Shown: positions 9,518 through 18,998, numbered from the stretch's first letter. The stretch: 64,000 nucleotides of DNA from Candidatus Omnitrophota bacterium (GCA_041650835.1 JBAZKL010000003.1:163682-227681); one strand, 5' to 3'. Numbers and translations: made by a program. The notes: a model not told the origin generated them from the sequence alone.

Positions 9518-10801
9518 CTAATTATCCATCGCCTGTATTTTCCCCGCGACCGTCTTTTTAACTTCCTCTAAAACCCTTAAATCCTGCTCTTGCCTGCGCA
9601 GGTCCTGTTCCAATGCCTCTCTTTCTGAAACCAGGGAAGAATGTTTTTTATTCAACACTTCTACTTTCTTGACCGCTTCTTTCTGCTTATCTTTTTCCCG
9701 GGCCTCAGCTAACAACAATGCTTTTTCTTGCTTCTGCTTATCTTGATAATACGCTTTTCCGAGGCCGAACCGCTCCTGCTGCCCCATCTTAGCATATTCG
9801 TTAGGCGTAATGATAGTAGGAGAAACAAAAATCATTAATTCTGTCTTATCCCTGGTATCCTTCTGGCTCTTAAACAAATAGCCCAATACGGGAATATCTC
9901 CCAACAGAGGGATCTTGGTCTGGCCTTTTGTAACTTTATCTTTAATTAAACCTCCGATTATTAATGTTTGCCCGTTCCCTATAATAACCCTGGTTGTCGC
10001 TTGCCGTTTATCGATAATAGGGACATTATACGTTAAGCCGGAAATAGTCAAGGGCAAATCTCCCGTTTTCTCGCTTACCTGAGGGTCAAGATCCATAGCA
10101 ATTTGCCCATCTTCATTAATAGTCGGGGTAACCTTCAAGCTTATTCCTATTTCTTCAAAATGTATCGTCCAGGTGACCGTTTGATTGCCGGCATCGTCGA
10201 TCGTCACCGACGGCTCTGCCCAAGGATAACTCTGGATAATCTTTAATTCCGCCTGCCGGTTATTAATCGTTGTTATCCGGGGGGAAGAAAGGATATTCGT
10301 ATCCATCGCGTTAGCCAGCGTCTGCACGACAATATTAATATTATCGTCGAAAATAGCAAAGGTAAAAGGAGATTCCGATGTCCCGCCGGTGGCTTGGAGC
10401 GGAGGATAAATGGTATTTTTGTATGAAAGGCTCTGCGTGAGCGGGCCCGGCAACGCTCCTAAAGTACTTGCCGTTCCGGCCTTTAAACTTCCGATAGGGA
10501 GATATCCTTTGTCCGCGAATAACTGCCAGTTGACCCCCAAAGCGTGTTCCTTTTGCAATTTTGATTCAACGACCCGGGCTTCGATCAAAACCTGCTGCGG
10601 AGGCGCATCCGCCATCGCCAGATAATCCTCAACACGCTGGACGTTATCAGGATAATCGATCACAACAATAGAATTCGGCTCATTCCCATAGAGCACCTTT
10701 CCGTCTGTAGATAACAACGACCTAAGATTATCACTGATCTGCTGAGCATGGACTATGGAAAAACAAAAAAGAAAAAATAAAACGCACCCTATTCTTTTCA
10801 T
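9518..10801 (-). CDS. Secretin, GspD/PilQ family, short form with a C-terminal coiled-coil tail
   Basis: Signal peptide. Secretin_N-like SIVVIDYPDNVQRVEDYL. Secretin core motifs VLIEARVVE and TLIIGGLIKD...KIPLLGDIPVLGYLFKS...ELMIFVSP. The last ~80 aa are K/E/Q-rich coiled coil. The start is preceded by AAGGAG. Confidence 0.8.
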   Translation of the reverse strand: MKRIGCVLFFLFCFSIVHAQQISDNLRSLLSTDGKVLYGNEPNSIVVIDYPDNVQRVEDYLAMADAPPQQVLIEARVVESKLQKEHALGVNWQLFADKGYLPIGSLKAGTASTLGALPGPLTQSLSYKNTIYPPLQATGGTSESPFTFAIFDDNINIVVQTLANAMDTNILSSPRITTINNRQAELKIIQSYPWAEPSVTIDDAGNQTVTWTIHFEEIGISLKVTPTINEDGQIAMDLDPQVSEKTGDLPLTISGLTYNVPIIDKRQATTRVIIGNGQTLIIGGLIKDKVTKGQTKIPLLGDIPVLGYLFKSQKDTRDKTELMIFVSPTIITPNEYAKMGQQERFGLGKAYYQDKQKQEKALLLAEAREKDKQKEAVKKVEVLNKKHSSLVSEREALEQDLRRQEQDLRVLEEVKKTVAGKIQAMDN

Positions 10802-10819
10802 TTATTCTCCTTCTGGCTA

Positions 10820-11797
10820 TTAATTGCTTGTACTACTGCTCGTGCTACTGGTTGTAGATGCGCTGGTAGTCGAGGAGCCGGTACCGCTTTCAGTGGTCAC
10901 CACACCCACCACATCCGAAGCCTTTAAATATTTCATCTTAAAGACCTTACTGGTCATACGTTGGTCTATCTGCTGAAGATATGCTTCAATACGCGCGACA
11001 TAAGGAGGATAATCGATCACGATGATCGAATTCGGCACCTGCCCCAAAAGGATCTTTCCTTTCGCGGAAATAAGGTCATAGATCGTGCTTTCTTCCTTTT
11101 TCGCCTCTTCAAGTGCAGCGTCACCGGAGCCTGCGGCGGCCGAAGGCTGCGCCACAGTCGGAGAAGCCGCCTCGGTGCCTTGTGTCGCCTTCGCAGTATC
11201 AAGCAGCTTCCTAGCTTGAATATATTTTAAAACAACCATTTTGGTGATTAAATGCGGGCTGACCTTGACGATAGAGCCTTTTTTCTCCAGCACCAGATTA
11301 CTGATCTCGGCGATCCCTTCAAGAGCTTCTTCTAAGGAAATATTCGTAAAACTGGCGGTGATCTTTCCCTGGATATCTTTATCAACTAAAATATTCAAAT
11401 TATAATCATGCGCGATAACACGGAACAAATCGGACAATTCCACATTCCGCAGCTCGATCGAATACACCGGCAATTCATTTTCCAGGCGCTTGATCTCTAA
11501 AACCGGGACAGGAGCGGTCAATTCTTTCTTTACTTCTTTTTTCTTTTCCGCCTCTTTGCCGTCTTTGCTCTCCTGGTCATCGGCTTCTTCTTTTTCATCT
11601 CCCGGCTCTTCTTCACCATCATCGACACTGGAACTTTTTTGCCCGGCGCTTGACGCCGCAGGACTCATTTGAGCCGGTTTTTCATCAGCTTCATTTTCCA
11701 CCCCTGGCTGCGGCCTGGCAAACAAAGAATTCCCGCAATTGTAAAGCATAAACAAAAAACTGATCAACCCGATGAGCCCTATTTTCTTTAGTGTCAT
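10820..11797 (-). CDS. Secretin N-domain protein, the periplasmic N0/N1-like half of a split secretin
   Basis: Signal peptide with a lipoprotein-like Cys (LYNCG). An acidic linker, then secretin_N motifs (ILLGQVPNSIIVIDYPPYVARIEAYLQQID), and a Ser/Thr-rich C-terminal tail. It ends 18 nt before the secretin gene, which has its own RBS. Confidence 0.65.
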   Translation of the reverse strand: MTLKKIGLIGLISFLFMLYNCGNSLFARPQPGVENEADEKPAQMSPAASSAGQKSSSVDDGEEEPGDEKEEADDQESKDGKEAEKKKEVKKELTAPVPVLEIKRLENELPVYSIELRNVELSDLFRVIAHDYNLNILVDKDIQGKITASFTNISLEEALEGIAEISNLVLEKKGSIVKVSPHLITKMVVLKYIQARKLLDTAKATQGTEAASPTVAQPSAAAGSGDAALEEAKKEESTIYDLISAKGKILLGQVPNSIIVIDYPPYVARIEAYLQQIDQRMTSKVFKMKYLKASDVVGVVTTESGTGSSTTSASTTSSTSSSTSN

Positions 11798-13854
11798 TTT
11801 TTAAGTCCTTGTTCTGAATTCAAATCGTTGCTGCCGATGCTGGATTCGAATTCTGGTTTATCAAGCCCGTGTGCCCATATGATCGTCACCTGATTTTTGA
11901 AAACACCGTATACGGTAAAATCCTTCGTCCCGGGATTAAAAAAAAGATCACACCGCCCCGCCTTAAAAATCCCCTTTTTATTTTCTTCTAAGGCAATACC
12001 CGGGTATCTCTTCTGGAGCCACTGTTTATGCCCTTCGGCAAATTCGAGCGCGTCTTCAATGGTATCCCAGGATGACACAAAACGTATGAGACGGTTCCCC
12101 CGGTTATTTTCATACACCATGAGCCGGTCATCCAGCCAGCCGGAAACTGACTGATCAACGGCCTGCTTATCCAATAAACTGCTGAAAGACAAAAGGAGCG
12201 TGAATTCTCCTAAAGTAGTTTCATAGATCTTTTTCCATGGCTCGGAAGGCTTAACACCCTCATCAAGAACAGAGGGAGTTTTTTCTGCCGTAATTTCCCT
12301 GCCCGCGTATTTATGCGGATGCATGATCTCTTCCATGGAAACCGGAGGCGCCTTATAAATATTGCCGATATCGCTCCAATTGAACTGTCGTAAATACGAC
12401 TGGATAAACCGGGCGCCATAACCGTATATATTATACAGGATATTTCGCTTTGCATACTGCGATTGTTTCAAAAATTTATCTTCCAGCAGGACAAAAACAT
12501 CTTCAAGATGCTGCAGCTTCTTATCATCCTTGTTCAAAATATATTCAAGCATTACCGCGGAAGCATCGCCCTCTATGAGGGACTGCCGGGCAAACGCCAG
12601 GTCAAAATTATCCCGGGTATGAAGGCGGTCGGAGAATTTTTCAATATTGTAGTTTTTGTCCTGGAACGCGTGCGCCAATTCATGGACTACGACGATCTCG
12701 GCAAAATGAGGGGGAAGCCAATCCCCGATCAGGATCGTCTTGGTTTGAGGGTCATATAACCCCGCGATGGAAGAAATCTCCGAATTAAACGTACTTTCAA
12801 GGTAATCCGCGTCCTCGTTGACGACCCCTAACCATTTCATAACAAAACTTTCATTCTCCCGGACTTCGGGAGGCAGATCACGCTCCAATTGTTCACGTAA
12901 AAATTCCCCGAATGACACACGGTCTTTATATTCGACATTGATCGCCTCGGGCTTGCCCCAACCGCGTATCTGCATGACCGACTGCGTCAGACGAGGAAGC
13001 ATCCCTTTAAGCTTTTCTTTTTCTTGAATAACCTTATCTTCGACAAACGCGGGGACCTGTGTTGCACCCGGCACGCCGAAATCGTAATACTTGACGGTCT
13101 GCAGGATATACATATCGCCCAGCTTGCCTTCAGCGCGCAAGAGATGCGGCAAATACGTATCGGCGTCGATCCAGGTCTTAACAAAGATCTCTCCAACCAC
13201 ATTCCAATACGTCAACATCTCCGCGCCCAGCTTATACTGCAGCACAAAACAATCTTTACCGTTCCTTTTCTCCATACCCGCAAGCTTAACGGTTGAAGCA
13301 TCAGCCGCGCCCGCGTTAATTGAAGCAAGGCTGTTTAAGATCCCGTATTCTACCGCTTGTTGCGCGTCTTTAGCGGAAATCTTCAATTGTTCGCATTTCC
13401 ATTCCCGCTTATTCAGGTCCCACGTAAAAGGGATACCCCTGATCTTATACGTTTGCACCCATTGAGAAGTTGAAATGCTCTTTGATAAAATCGATGATAC
13501 GCTTACCCTGCCGGTTGTCCGGTAATCATCAATGTTGGTAATATCGCTCTTAAAATCCGATTTGATATGAAAAAGAGGGGTTTCCAGCCAAGTTTCCATT
13601 TCCATGCGCACAGAACGCTCTTTAAAAAATGCCGAGGTGGTTTTTTCCAAAACTTGATAGGGGGTACGCTGAACAGTTACCTGAGGGAAGCCGCAGGGCG
13701 CTTGATGTTCTTTTTTGTTTTCCACGCAGGTATCCGGTTTCGCAACCATACAGTCGCTTAAATTAACCCGCTGCCAGCCGGTGAGTAACGGCAGCACCAT
13801 AGCTAAGAAAATAACTCGAGAGGTTCCTTGTAATCCTGACCCTGTTTTCATCAA
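11794..13854 (-). CDS. Secreted zinc metalloprotease-like protein with HExxH
   Basis: 686 aa with an N-terminal signal sequence. IVVVHELAHAFQD contains an HExxH zincin motif. The 4-nt overlap (ATGA) with the downstream-adjacent gene suggests operon coupling. Confidence 0.55.
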   Translation of the reverse strand: MMKTGSGLQGTSRVIFLAMVLPLLTGWQRVNLSDCMVAKPDTCVENKKEHQAPCGFPQVTVQRTPYQVLEKTTSAFFKERSVRMEMETWLETPLFHIKSDFKSDITNIDDYRTTGRVSVSSILSKSISTSQWVQTYKIRGIPFTWDLNKREWKCEQLKISAKDAQQAVEYGILNSLASINAGAADASTVKLAGMEKRNGKDCFVLQYKLGAEMLTYWNVVGEIFVKTWIDADTYLPHLLRAEGKLGDMYILQTVKYYDFGVPGATQVPAFVEDKVIQEKEKLKGMLPRLTQSVMQIRGWGKPEAINVEYKDRVSFGEFLREQLERDLPPEVRENESFVMKWLGVVNEDADYLESTFNSEISSIAGLYDPQTKTILIGDWLPPHFAEIVVVHELAHAFQDKNYNIEKFSDRLHTRDNFDLAFARQSLIEGDASAVMLEYILNKDDKKLQHLEDVFVLLEDKFLKQSQYAKRNILYNIYGYGARFIQSYLRQFNWSDIGNIYKAPPVSMEEIMHPHKYAGREITAEKTPSVLDEGVKPSEPWKKIYETTLGEFTLLLSFSSLLDKQAVDQSVSGWLDDRLMVYENNRGNRLIRFVSSWDTIEDALEFAEGHKQWLQKRYPGIALEENKKGIFKAGRCDLFFNPGTKDFTVYGVFKNQVTIIWAHGLDKPEFESSIGSNDLNSEQGLKK

Positions 13855-14310
13855 CTACGACGCTCCCGGAACAACCGTTCCGATTTTAATAATATACTCC
13901 CCTTGAGTATCTTTTAAAATAACATCTTCGGCATTAATAACCACAACCTGCTTATTATCAAGGATGTCCCCGACCTGATAGACCTGTCCGTTAATAATTG
14001 CCTTACTTTTATTATCAGCCGAATGGATGATCGCTGATACCGTTAAATATTCAAGCGGGATTTGCGCGCTTTTATTTTCGAAAGACGATTCCTCGTCTGT
14101 GGTTAAAAAAGGGTTCAGACGGGGTAACGAGTCAAAATATGAAGCCTGCGAAGCCTGCGCCTGTACAGCTTCGGTTACCGGAAGAACGGCCTGCTTTTTG
14201 AGCGGAACAATAGAGTCATCCGTAAGCTTCGTTATTTCATCTTCAGGGCTGCAACCCGCGCCCAAAAAAGCAAACAATAAAATAAGTAAAATGGCCCTTA
14301 ACTTATTCAA
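13855..14310 (-). CDS. Small lipoprotein, hypothetical
   Basis: MNKLRAILLILLFAFLGAGCSPED gives a signal peptide plus lipobox LGAGC. The start overlaps the HTH gene by 8 nt. Confidence 0.5.
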   Translation of the reverse strand: MNKLRAILLILLFAFLGAGCSPEDEITKLTDDSIVPLKKQAVLPVTEAVQAQASQASYFDSLPRLNPFLTTDEESSFENKSAQIPLEYLTVSAIIHSADNKSKAIINGQVYQVGDILDNKQVVVINAEDVILKDTQGEYIIKIGTVVPGAS

Positions 14311-14494
14311 TGCTGCCCCTTATGATTTTACTTAATTCATTAAGGTCCTGTTGGCTGTATTGCCGCCAATGATTGATCGAGTTACGCTTTGGCCTTGGGA
14401 AAATCCCCTTTTTCTCATACCGAAAAAGGGTTTGTTTAGAGATCCCTAATTTCTCGGCAGCTTCCTTAGTTGTATATATTATTTCTTGTTCCAT
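14303..14494 (-). CDS. Small AlpA/excisionase-like (HTH_17-type) DNA-binding protein, free form
   Basis: 63 aa. TTKEAAEKLGISKQTLFRYEKKGIFPRPKRNSINHWRQYSQQDL matches the AlpA/Xis/MerR N-terminal HTH pattern. It is a close paralog of the N-terminal domain of the ORF at 30025..30678, with identity through ...KKGIFP.P.RN.IN.W..YS..DL. Confidence 0.75.
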   Translation of the reverse strand: MEQEIIYTTKEAAEKLGISKQTLFRYEKKGIFPRPKRNSINHWRQYSQQDLNELSKIIRGSIE

Positions 14495-14574
14495 ATGCTG
14501 TAACTAATTGTGACACAGCCAACAACGCTTAGAAAAGCCCGGATAAATAATAAAAATTCGCGTAACCATATCTG

Positions 14575-14620
14575 ATACTATTTGACTATACTTTAAACTA
14601 TTAGATATCAATTGTCAAGA
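14575..14620 (-). promoter_or_regulatory. Putative sigma70-like promoter plus conserved operator module upstream of the free HTH gene
   Basis: The minus strand has TTGACA (14618..14613), a 17-nt spacer and TAAAGT. The conserved motif GTCAAATAGTAT (14586..14575) lies at the predicted transcription start. The same two motifs, with the same ~35-nt spacing, occur upstream of the HTH-pilin fusion at 30702-30746. Confidence 0.45.
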
Positions 14621-14682
14621 GTTATATTATTTACTCAATAATATCGCAACCATCTGCAATATCGATAAATCCGTAAAATTAA

Positions 14683-15516
14683 CTATCCCGCAGCAAGCTT
14701 CAACAACTTGTTTTTGCCTTCTTTCGAAAGCTCTATGAATTTTATACCTAAATAATATCGTTTCCCTTCCTGTATATTACAATAAACGATCTCCCCCTTT
14801 GCCTGGACCGTTTCAGCTTCACTTATTATGCCGGAATTCAGTTTAAATTCTATAGATACTTCCAGGCCTTTAGGCAAAAACAAAAACACCTGCAAACCGA
14901 CAGCCATACCCGATTCCGATATATTGCAGGAAACCCCGTCAATAGGCGAGGCGCAACGCAGCCGTACCTCCTGCCCTTCAAGGGAAACGCGCACCGGAAC
15001 GGACAAGCTCCGGCGGCCGGATTCCCGATGGAAAGGGACCCCCCGTAAAGGATTCTTCTTGAACAGTAAATTTTCCAATTTAAAGAAATCCGCTTCTTGC
15101 CCGTAATATGAATCAAGCGCCTGCTGGATAGCGCGGGGTGAAGCGATCAAAGGCTCTACCGCCGATTCGCTTAAAGCAGACAGGCGGTCCAGGAAAGCCG
15201 TATTAAAAGGGTCTGAACAGGCAATATATAACGTATTCTTTACTTTAAATAACGGAATACACTGGTATTCGCGGCAGAATGATTCGCTTAATCCCCGGAA
15301 AACATCCGCGTTGATCGCATATTCCGTTAGTGAAACATAATTAAGGGCGCTTTCCTGGGCAAAAAGAATAAAAACATCTTCCTCGGTGAGATGGCCCCGC
15401 CTGACCAAAACACTCCACATGGATTTACCGAGCCTGAGAGCTTCTTGCTTGGCGGCAGAAAGCTGTTCTGAAGTAACCCGCTTGCTCCGGATAAGTTTTA
15501 ATTCAAACTCTTCCAT
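14683..15516 (-). CDS. T2SE_N (GspE N-terminal-like) domain fused to a PilZ domain; a putative c-di-GMP receptor
   Basis: The N-terminal ~140 aa resemble the GspE/PilB N-terminal domain (LGKSMWSVLVRRGHLTEEDV...CREYQCIPL...NTLYIACSDP). The C-terminus has PilZ motifs RESGRR (RxxxR) and NISESGM (D/NxSxxG). Confidence 0.7.
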   Translation of the reverse strand: MEEFELKLIRSKRVTSEQLSAAKQEALRLGKSMWSVLVRRGHLTEEDVFILFAQESALNYVSLTEYAINADVFRGLSESFCREYQCIPLFKVKNTLYIACSDPFNTAFLDRLSALSESAVEPLIASPRAIQQALDSYYGQEADFFKLENLLFKKNPLRGVPFHRESGRRSLSVPVRVSLEGQEVRLRCASPIDGVSCNISESGMAVGLQVFLFLPKGLEVSIEFKLNSGIISEAETVQAKGEIVYCNIQEGKRYYLGIKFIELSKEGKNKLLKLAAG

Positions 15517-15537
15517 TGTATAATGAGGTGCCCTTGA

Positions 15538-16122
15538 TTACAAAGAAGCGCTTCCCTTGTCCTGCTGCGGATAATATTTTTTAATGAAATCGGCCAGGTT
15601 TTCCGAGACTTTTTGCTCTTCTATAATATACATGCCTCCTTTATTCAATTCTTCGGGAGATACCTGAGGGTACTTCTTCTGCATCGCTTCAAGCCATTCA
15701 GCCTGCTGACGGGCGATCTTGATCAATACCCGGTTGTCGCGGATCACGTCAAAATAATCGAGCGACTGCTTCACGATCATTTTTAATTCTTCGTTTTCCC
15801 AGGGCTTGGTAATAAACCGGTACACCTGCCCCTTATTGATAGCCTGAATAGCGGCTTCCAGGTCGGGATAACCGGTAAAAAGTATCCGGATCGAATCAGG
15901 GTAAAGCTGCTTGACCTTGACCAGGAAATCAACCCCCTGTCCGTCGGGCAGGCGATTATCGGAGATCACCAGGTCAACCCCGCCCAAACTCTTGAGCTTA
16001 TCAATGCCCTCCTGAACACAGCCGGCAGTATTGATATCCCTGTCATCGGCGCGCAGCAACCTGCTTAAGCTGCTTAAGATATTCTGTTCATCATCAACGA
16101 TCAATATAGTATGGTTAGGCAT
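15538..16122 (-). CDS. Response regulator with CheY-like receiver and a C-terminal domain of unknown function
   Basis: ILIVDDEQNIL...VISDNRLPDGQG...ITKPW shows the receiver Asp and KP motifs. The ~70-aa C-terminal extension has no obvious DNA-binding HTH. Confidence 0.8.
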   Translation of the reverse strand: MPNHTILIVDDEQNILSSLSRLLRADDRDINTAGCVQEGIDKLKSLGGVDLVISDNRLPDGQGVDFLVKVKQLYPDSIRILFTGYPDLEAAIQAINKGQVYRFITKPWENEELKMIVKQSLDYFDVIRDNRVLIKIARQQAEWLEAMQKKYPQVSPEELNKGGMYIIEEQKVSENLADFIKKYYPQQDKGSASL

Positions 16123-16474
16123 TCTTTTGCTCCTCTAAGTTTTTAACATAGCGGTCGATATACTCCTTCCCGGAAGAAGGAAAGACCTTGGTGAACATGA
16201 TCCCCATGCCCGCCGCTTCCGCGGTGCCTGCCGGCCGGCTCCACTGCACGACCCCTTCCGCGTGAATGATCTTTTTTTCTTTCCCGCCTTCATCAAACTC
16301 AAACATCACTTCAATCTTGGCGTTAGCCGGCTCAACCTTATCGGTTGAAACGAACATGCCTCCCGCGGAAATATCGCGGGTTTCGACATACTGCCAAAAA
16401 CTTCTTCCCCTGACCTCCACCCGCAACTTAACAAACGCCCTTTTATATTGCCTCTTTTCGTCAAAAGCTCCCAT
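16115..16474 (-). CDS. PilZ domain protein, c-di-GMP binding
   Basis: RQYKR (RxxxR) and DISAGGMFV (DxSxGG) are canonical PilZ motifs. 119 aa. Confidence 0.8.
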   Translation of the reverse strand: MGAFDEKRQYKRAFVKLRVEVRGRSFWQYVETRDISAGGMFVSTDKVEPANAKIEVMFEFDEGGKEKKIIHAEGVVQWSRPAGTAEAAGMGIMFTKVFPSSGKEYIDRYVKNLEEQKNA

Positions 16475-16784
16475 CGCTTCTCCTGCGTTTTTTGTTTACT
16501 ATTAACTTTTTAGCCGTGGCATCCTCAACCCCGGCTTGACCGGCCGTAAAACTAAAAGAATATTACTGCTGCTTCCGGCTAAGCGCGATATCGTACAAAC
16601 TAAGCGCTATACTACAAAACAGGCAGATCACCGCGTTAATTATCAAAGCCCCGGGAAGCGCTCCCCATTTGATCTCTTCAATCCCTAATAATTTAAACAT
16701 GCCGCCGATTACCATTGCAAACAAACGCTATTGCCAGGAACAGATCATCTCCTAAATTATAAACCTTATTTATCCCACCCCTCC

Positions 16785-17633
16785 TTATCCCTGAGGCGCC
16801 CTCGGTAATTGCACCACAAACGTTGTCCCCGTTCCAACGGTACTTTCAACCTTCACGTCTCCGCCATGGTGTTTAATAATATTGTAACTGACCGATAACC
16901 CCAACCCCGTACTTTTCTTGGTCGAAAAAAACGGGTCGAAGATCTTCGGCAAGACATCTTTCGCGATACCGGAGCCGGTATCGACCACTTTAACATAGAC
17001 GCTTTTAGCATCTTCATAGGTGCTCATCGTAATCGTCCCTTTATCGGCAATGGCCTGGCTGGCATTGATCAGCAAATTAAGGAACACCTGGGACAATTGC
17101 GTCGTATCCGCGGATATCTTTGATTTTGCCTGATAGTCCTTGATGACCGTCACCTTATACTTGATCTCATTCCAGACGATCGAAAGCACCGACTCCAGGA
17201 CCTGATTGATCTCGATCAAGGAATTCTGCGTTTCGCTTCTTCGGGAAAAGGTCCGCAGGTCGGAAACGATCTTCTTGATACGTACCGCCCCGTCGAGTGA
17301 CTCCTGGTTCATCGCTTTCATATCTTCGATCAACACCTTGTTTTCTTTTTCGGCCAGAGAGATCTTTCCTTCGATCTGCTGGGTATAATCTATAAGGCTT
17401 TGCAGGTTACTGATCAAGAAGCCGAGCGGATTATTGATCTCATGCGCGATGCCGGCGGCCAACGTCCCCAGCGACGCCATCTTTTCCATGTGCACGATCT
17501 GGGCTTCGGCGTCCTTTACCAGCTTTGTCTTCTCATCGACCTTTTTTTTCCAAATACCGTTCATTACAACGGTATATACCCCGCAGGCTATACCGCTTAT
17601 CGCAACCACTACGAGTATTCCCCCCATATTCAT
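16785..17633 (-). CDS. Sensor histidine kinase
   Basis: One N-terminal TM segment and a coiled coil. H-box AGIAHEINNPL. HATPase_c motifs NLLINASQA and VVDTGSGI...GLGLSVS. Confidence 0.85.
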   Translation of the reverse strand: MNMGGILVVVAISGIACGVYTVVMNGIWKKKVDEKTKLVKDAEAQIVHMEKMASLGTLAAGIAHEINNPLGFLISNLQSLIDYTQQIEGKISLAEKENKVLIEDMKAMNQESLDGAVRIKKIVSDLRTFSRRSETQNSLIEINQVLESVLSIVWNEIKYKVTVIKDYQAKSKISADTTQLSQVFLNLLINASQAIADKGTITMSTYEDAKSVYVKVVDTGSGIAKDVLPKIFDPFFSTKKSTGLGLSVSYNIIKHHGGDVKVESTVGTGTTFVVQLPRAPQG

Positions 17634-17733
17634 CTGCTTACCCGGGTATTGCGTGTGAATATTGAAACCTCAGAATATTCTCTCCGCAAGGACCCGCCCC
17701 TTCCACAGCCGAAACTCTTTTATTATACCTGGA

Positions 17734-18972
17734 CTAGCTCCCTTTAATGACGCGAATCATATTCCACAACGGCAGGAATATTGCCAGTGCCATCCCGATA
17801 ACCACCAACCCCAGGACCGCCGTCATCACCGGCTCGATCATCGTCGTAAGATTTTTTATGGCGTTCTTTACTTCCAAAGTAAAATACTCGCACAAGGAGT
17901 CCAGCATGAGCGGTAAAGCCCCGCTCTTCTCTCCCACGGAGATCATGTAACCGACCAGGCGCGGGAAGAATTTACTGTTCAGCACTGCCCCGGAAATACC
18001 TTTACCGTCGGCGACATCGCGCTTAATAGCTTCTATCTCTTTTGCCAGGACGACATTGCCCAGCGTCATTCCGACGATATCTATCGTATTGAGCACCGGC
18101 AAACCCGCCTGGTATAAAACACTTAACATCGAGGCGAAGCGCAGCATCGTTATTTTCGTGTATACCTTTCCGTAAATATATATCTTGAACTTTAAGCCGT
18201 CCCACAAAAATCTCCCCGAAGACGTATTGACGTACCATTTCACAAAAACGAACAAGCCGGCGAGTAACGGGAACAGGATATACCAATAATACCGCAAGGC
18301 GTCGCTGATAAAGATCATCACCTGTGTCGGCAGGGGAAGCTCAACCTTTGCCGCCTTATAGATCTGGGCGAACTGAGGGATAACAAAGACCGAGAGCACG
18401 CCGACCGCGATCACCAGCGATATCACCACCATGATCGGATAACGAAGCGCTGCCTTAATATTCGTCTGGGTCTCAAGGTCTTCTTCCAGCATATGCGCCA
18501 GGCGCAGCAATACTTTTTCCAGGACGCCGGCGGATTCCCCCGCGATCACCGTATTCACGTACAGATCGGAAAAAACACCCGGGTGCTTGGACATGGCCTG
18601 AGATAAACTGGCTCCCCCTTCCACGTCGCGCACCACCTGATGCAAAGCTTCTTTAAGGGCGGGGTCCTCGCATTGTTCCGCCAAAGCGCTTAACCCTTCC
18701 AGGATAGGGACCGCTGCTTTAATGATCGTCGCGAACTGCCGCGAAAAAATAACCAACGATTCTGTTTTTACTTTTTTTGACTGGCCGAAAAGCCCCCCCG
18801 CGGAAGCCCTCGCAGGAGAGACAAACGCCGATTTGGCTTTAACGCTGACATTAACCGGCATATACCCCATCTTCGCCAGCTTCGTCGTCAACTCAACTTC
18901 AGTGGCGGCATCCATTTCGCCGTTAACAAGCTTGCCTTCCGCATCAACCGCCCGATAAGAATACGTCGACAT
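17734..18972 (-). CDS. pilC: Type IV pilus / type II secretion inner-membrane platform protein, GspF/PilC family
   Basis: Two T2SSF-like repeats (GLSALAEQCEDPALKEAL...GGASLSQAMSKHPGVF and KSGALPLMLDSL) with three TM segments. 412 aa. Confidence 0.9.
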   Translation of the reverse strand: MSTYSYRAVDAEGKLVNGEMDAATEVELTTKLAKMGYMPVNVSVKAKSAFVSPARASAGGLFGQSKKVKTESLVIFSRQFATIIKAAVPILEGLSALAEQCEDPALKEALHQVVRDVEGGASLSQAMSKHPGVFSDLYVNTVIAGESAGVLEKVLLRLAHMLEEDLETQTNIKAALRYPIMVVISLVIAVGVLSVFVIPQFAQIYKAAKVELPLPTQVMIFISDALRYYWYILFPLLAGLFVFVKWYVNTSSGRFLWDGLKFKIYIYGKVYTKITMLRFASMLSVLYQAGLPVLNTIDIVGMTLGNVVLAKEIEAIKRDVADGKGISGAVLNSKFFPRLVGYMISVGEKSGALPLMLDSLCEYFTLEVKNAIKNLTTMIEPVMTAVLGLVVIGMALAIFLPLWNMIRVIKGS

Positions 18973-18998
18973 GTGTTTTTTATACCTCTTTAGCCTTT

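Noticed and set aside
16560-16700. 45-aa hydrophobic minus-strand ORF (MFKLLGIEEIKWGALPGALIINAVICLFCSIALSLYDIAL...) between the PilZ and histidine kinase genes
   Set aside because: It is short, has no clear RBS and shows no conservation signal that I can assess. It could be a small membrane protein but cannot be supported from sequence alone.
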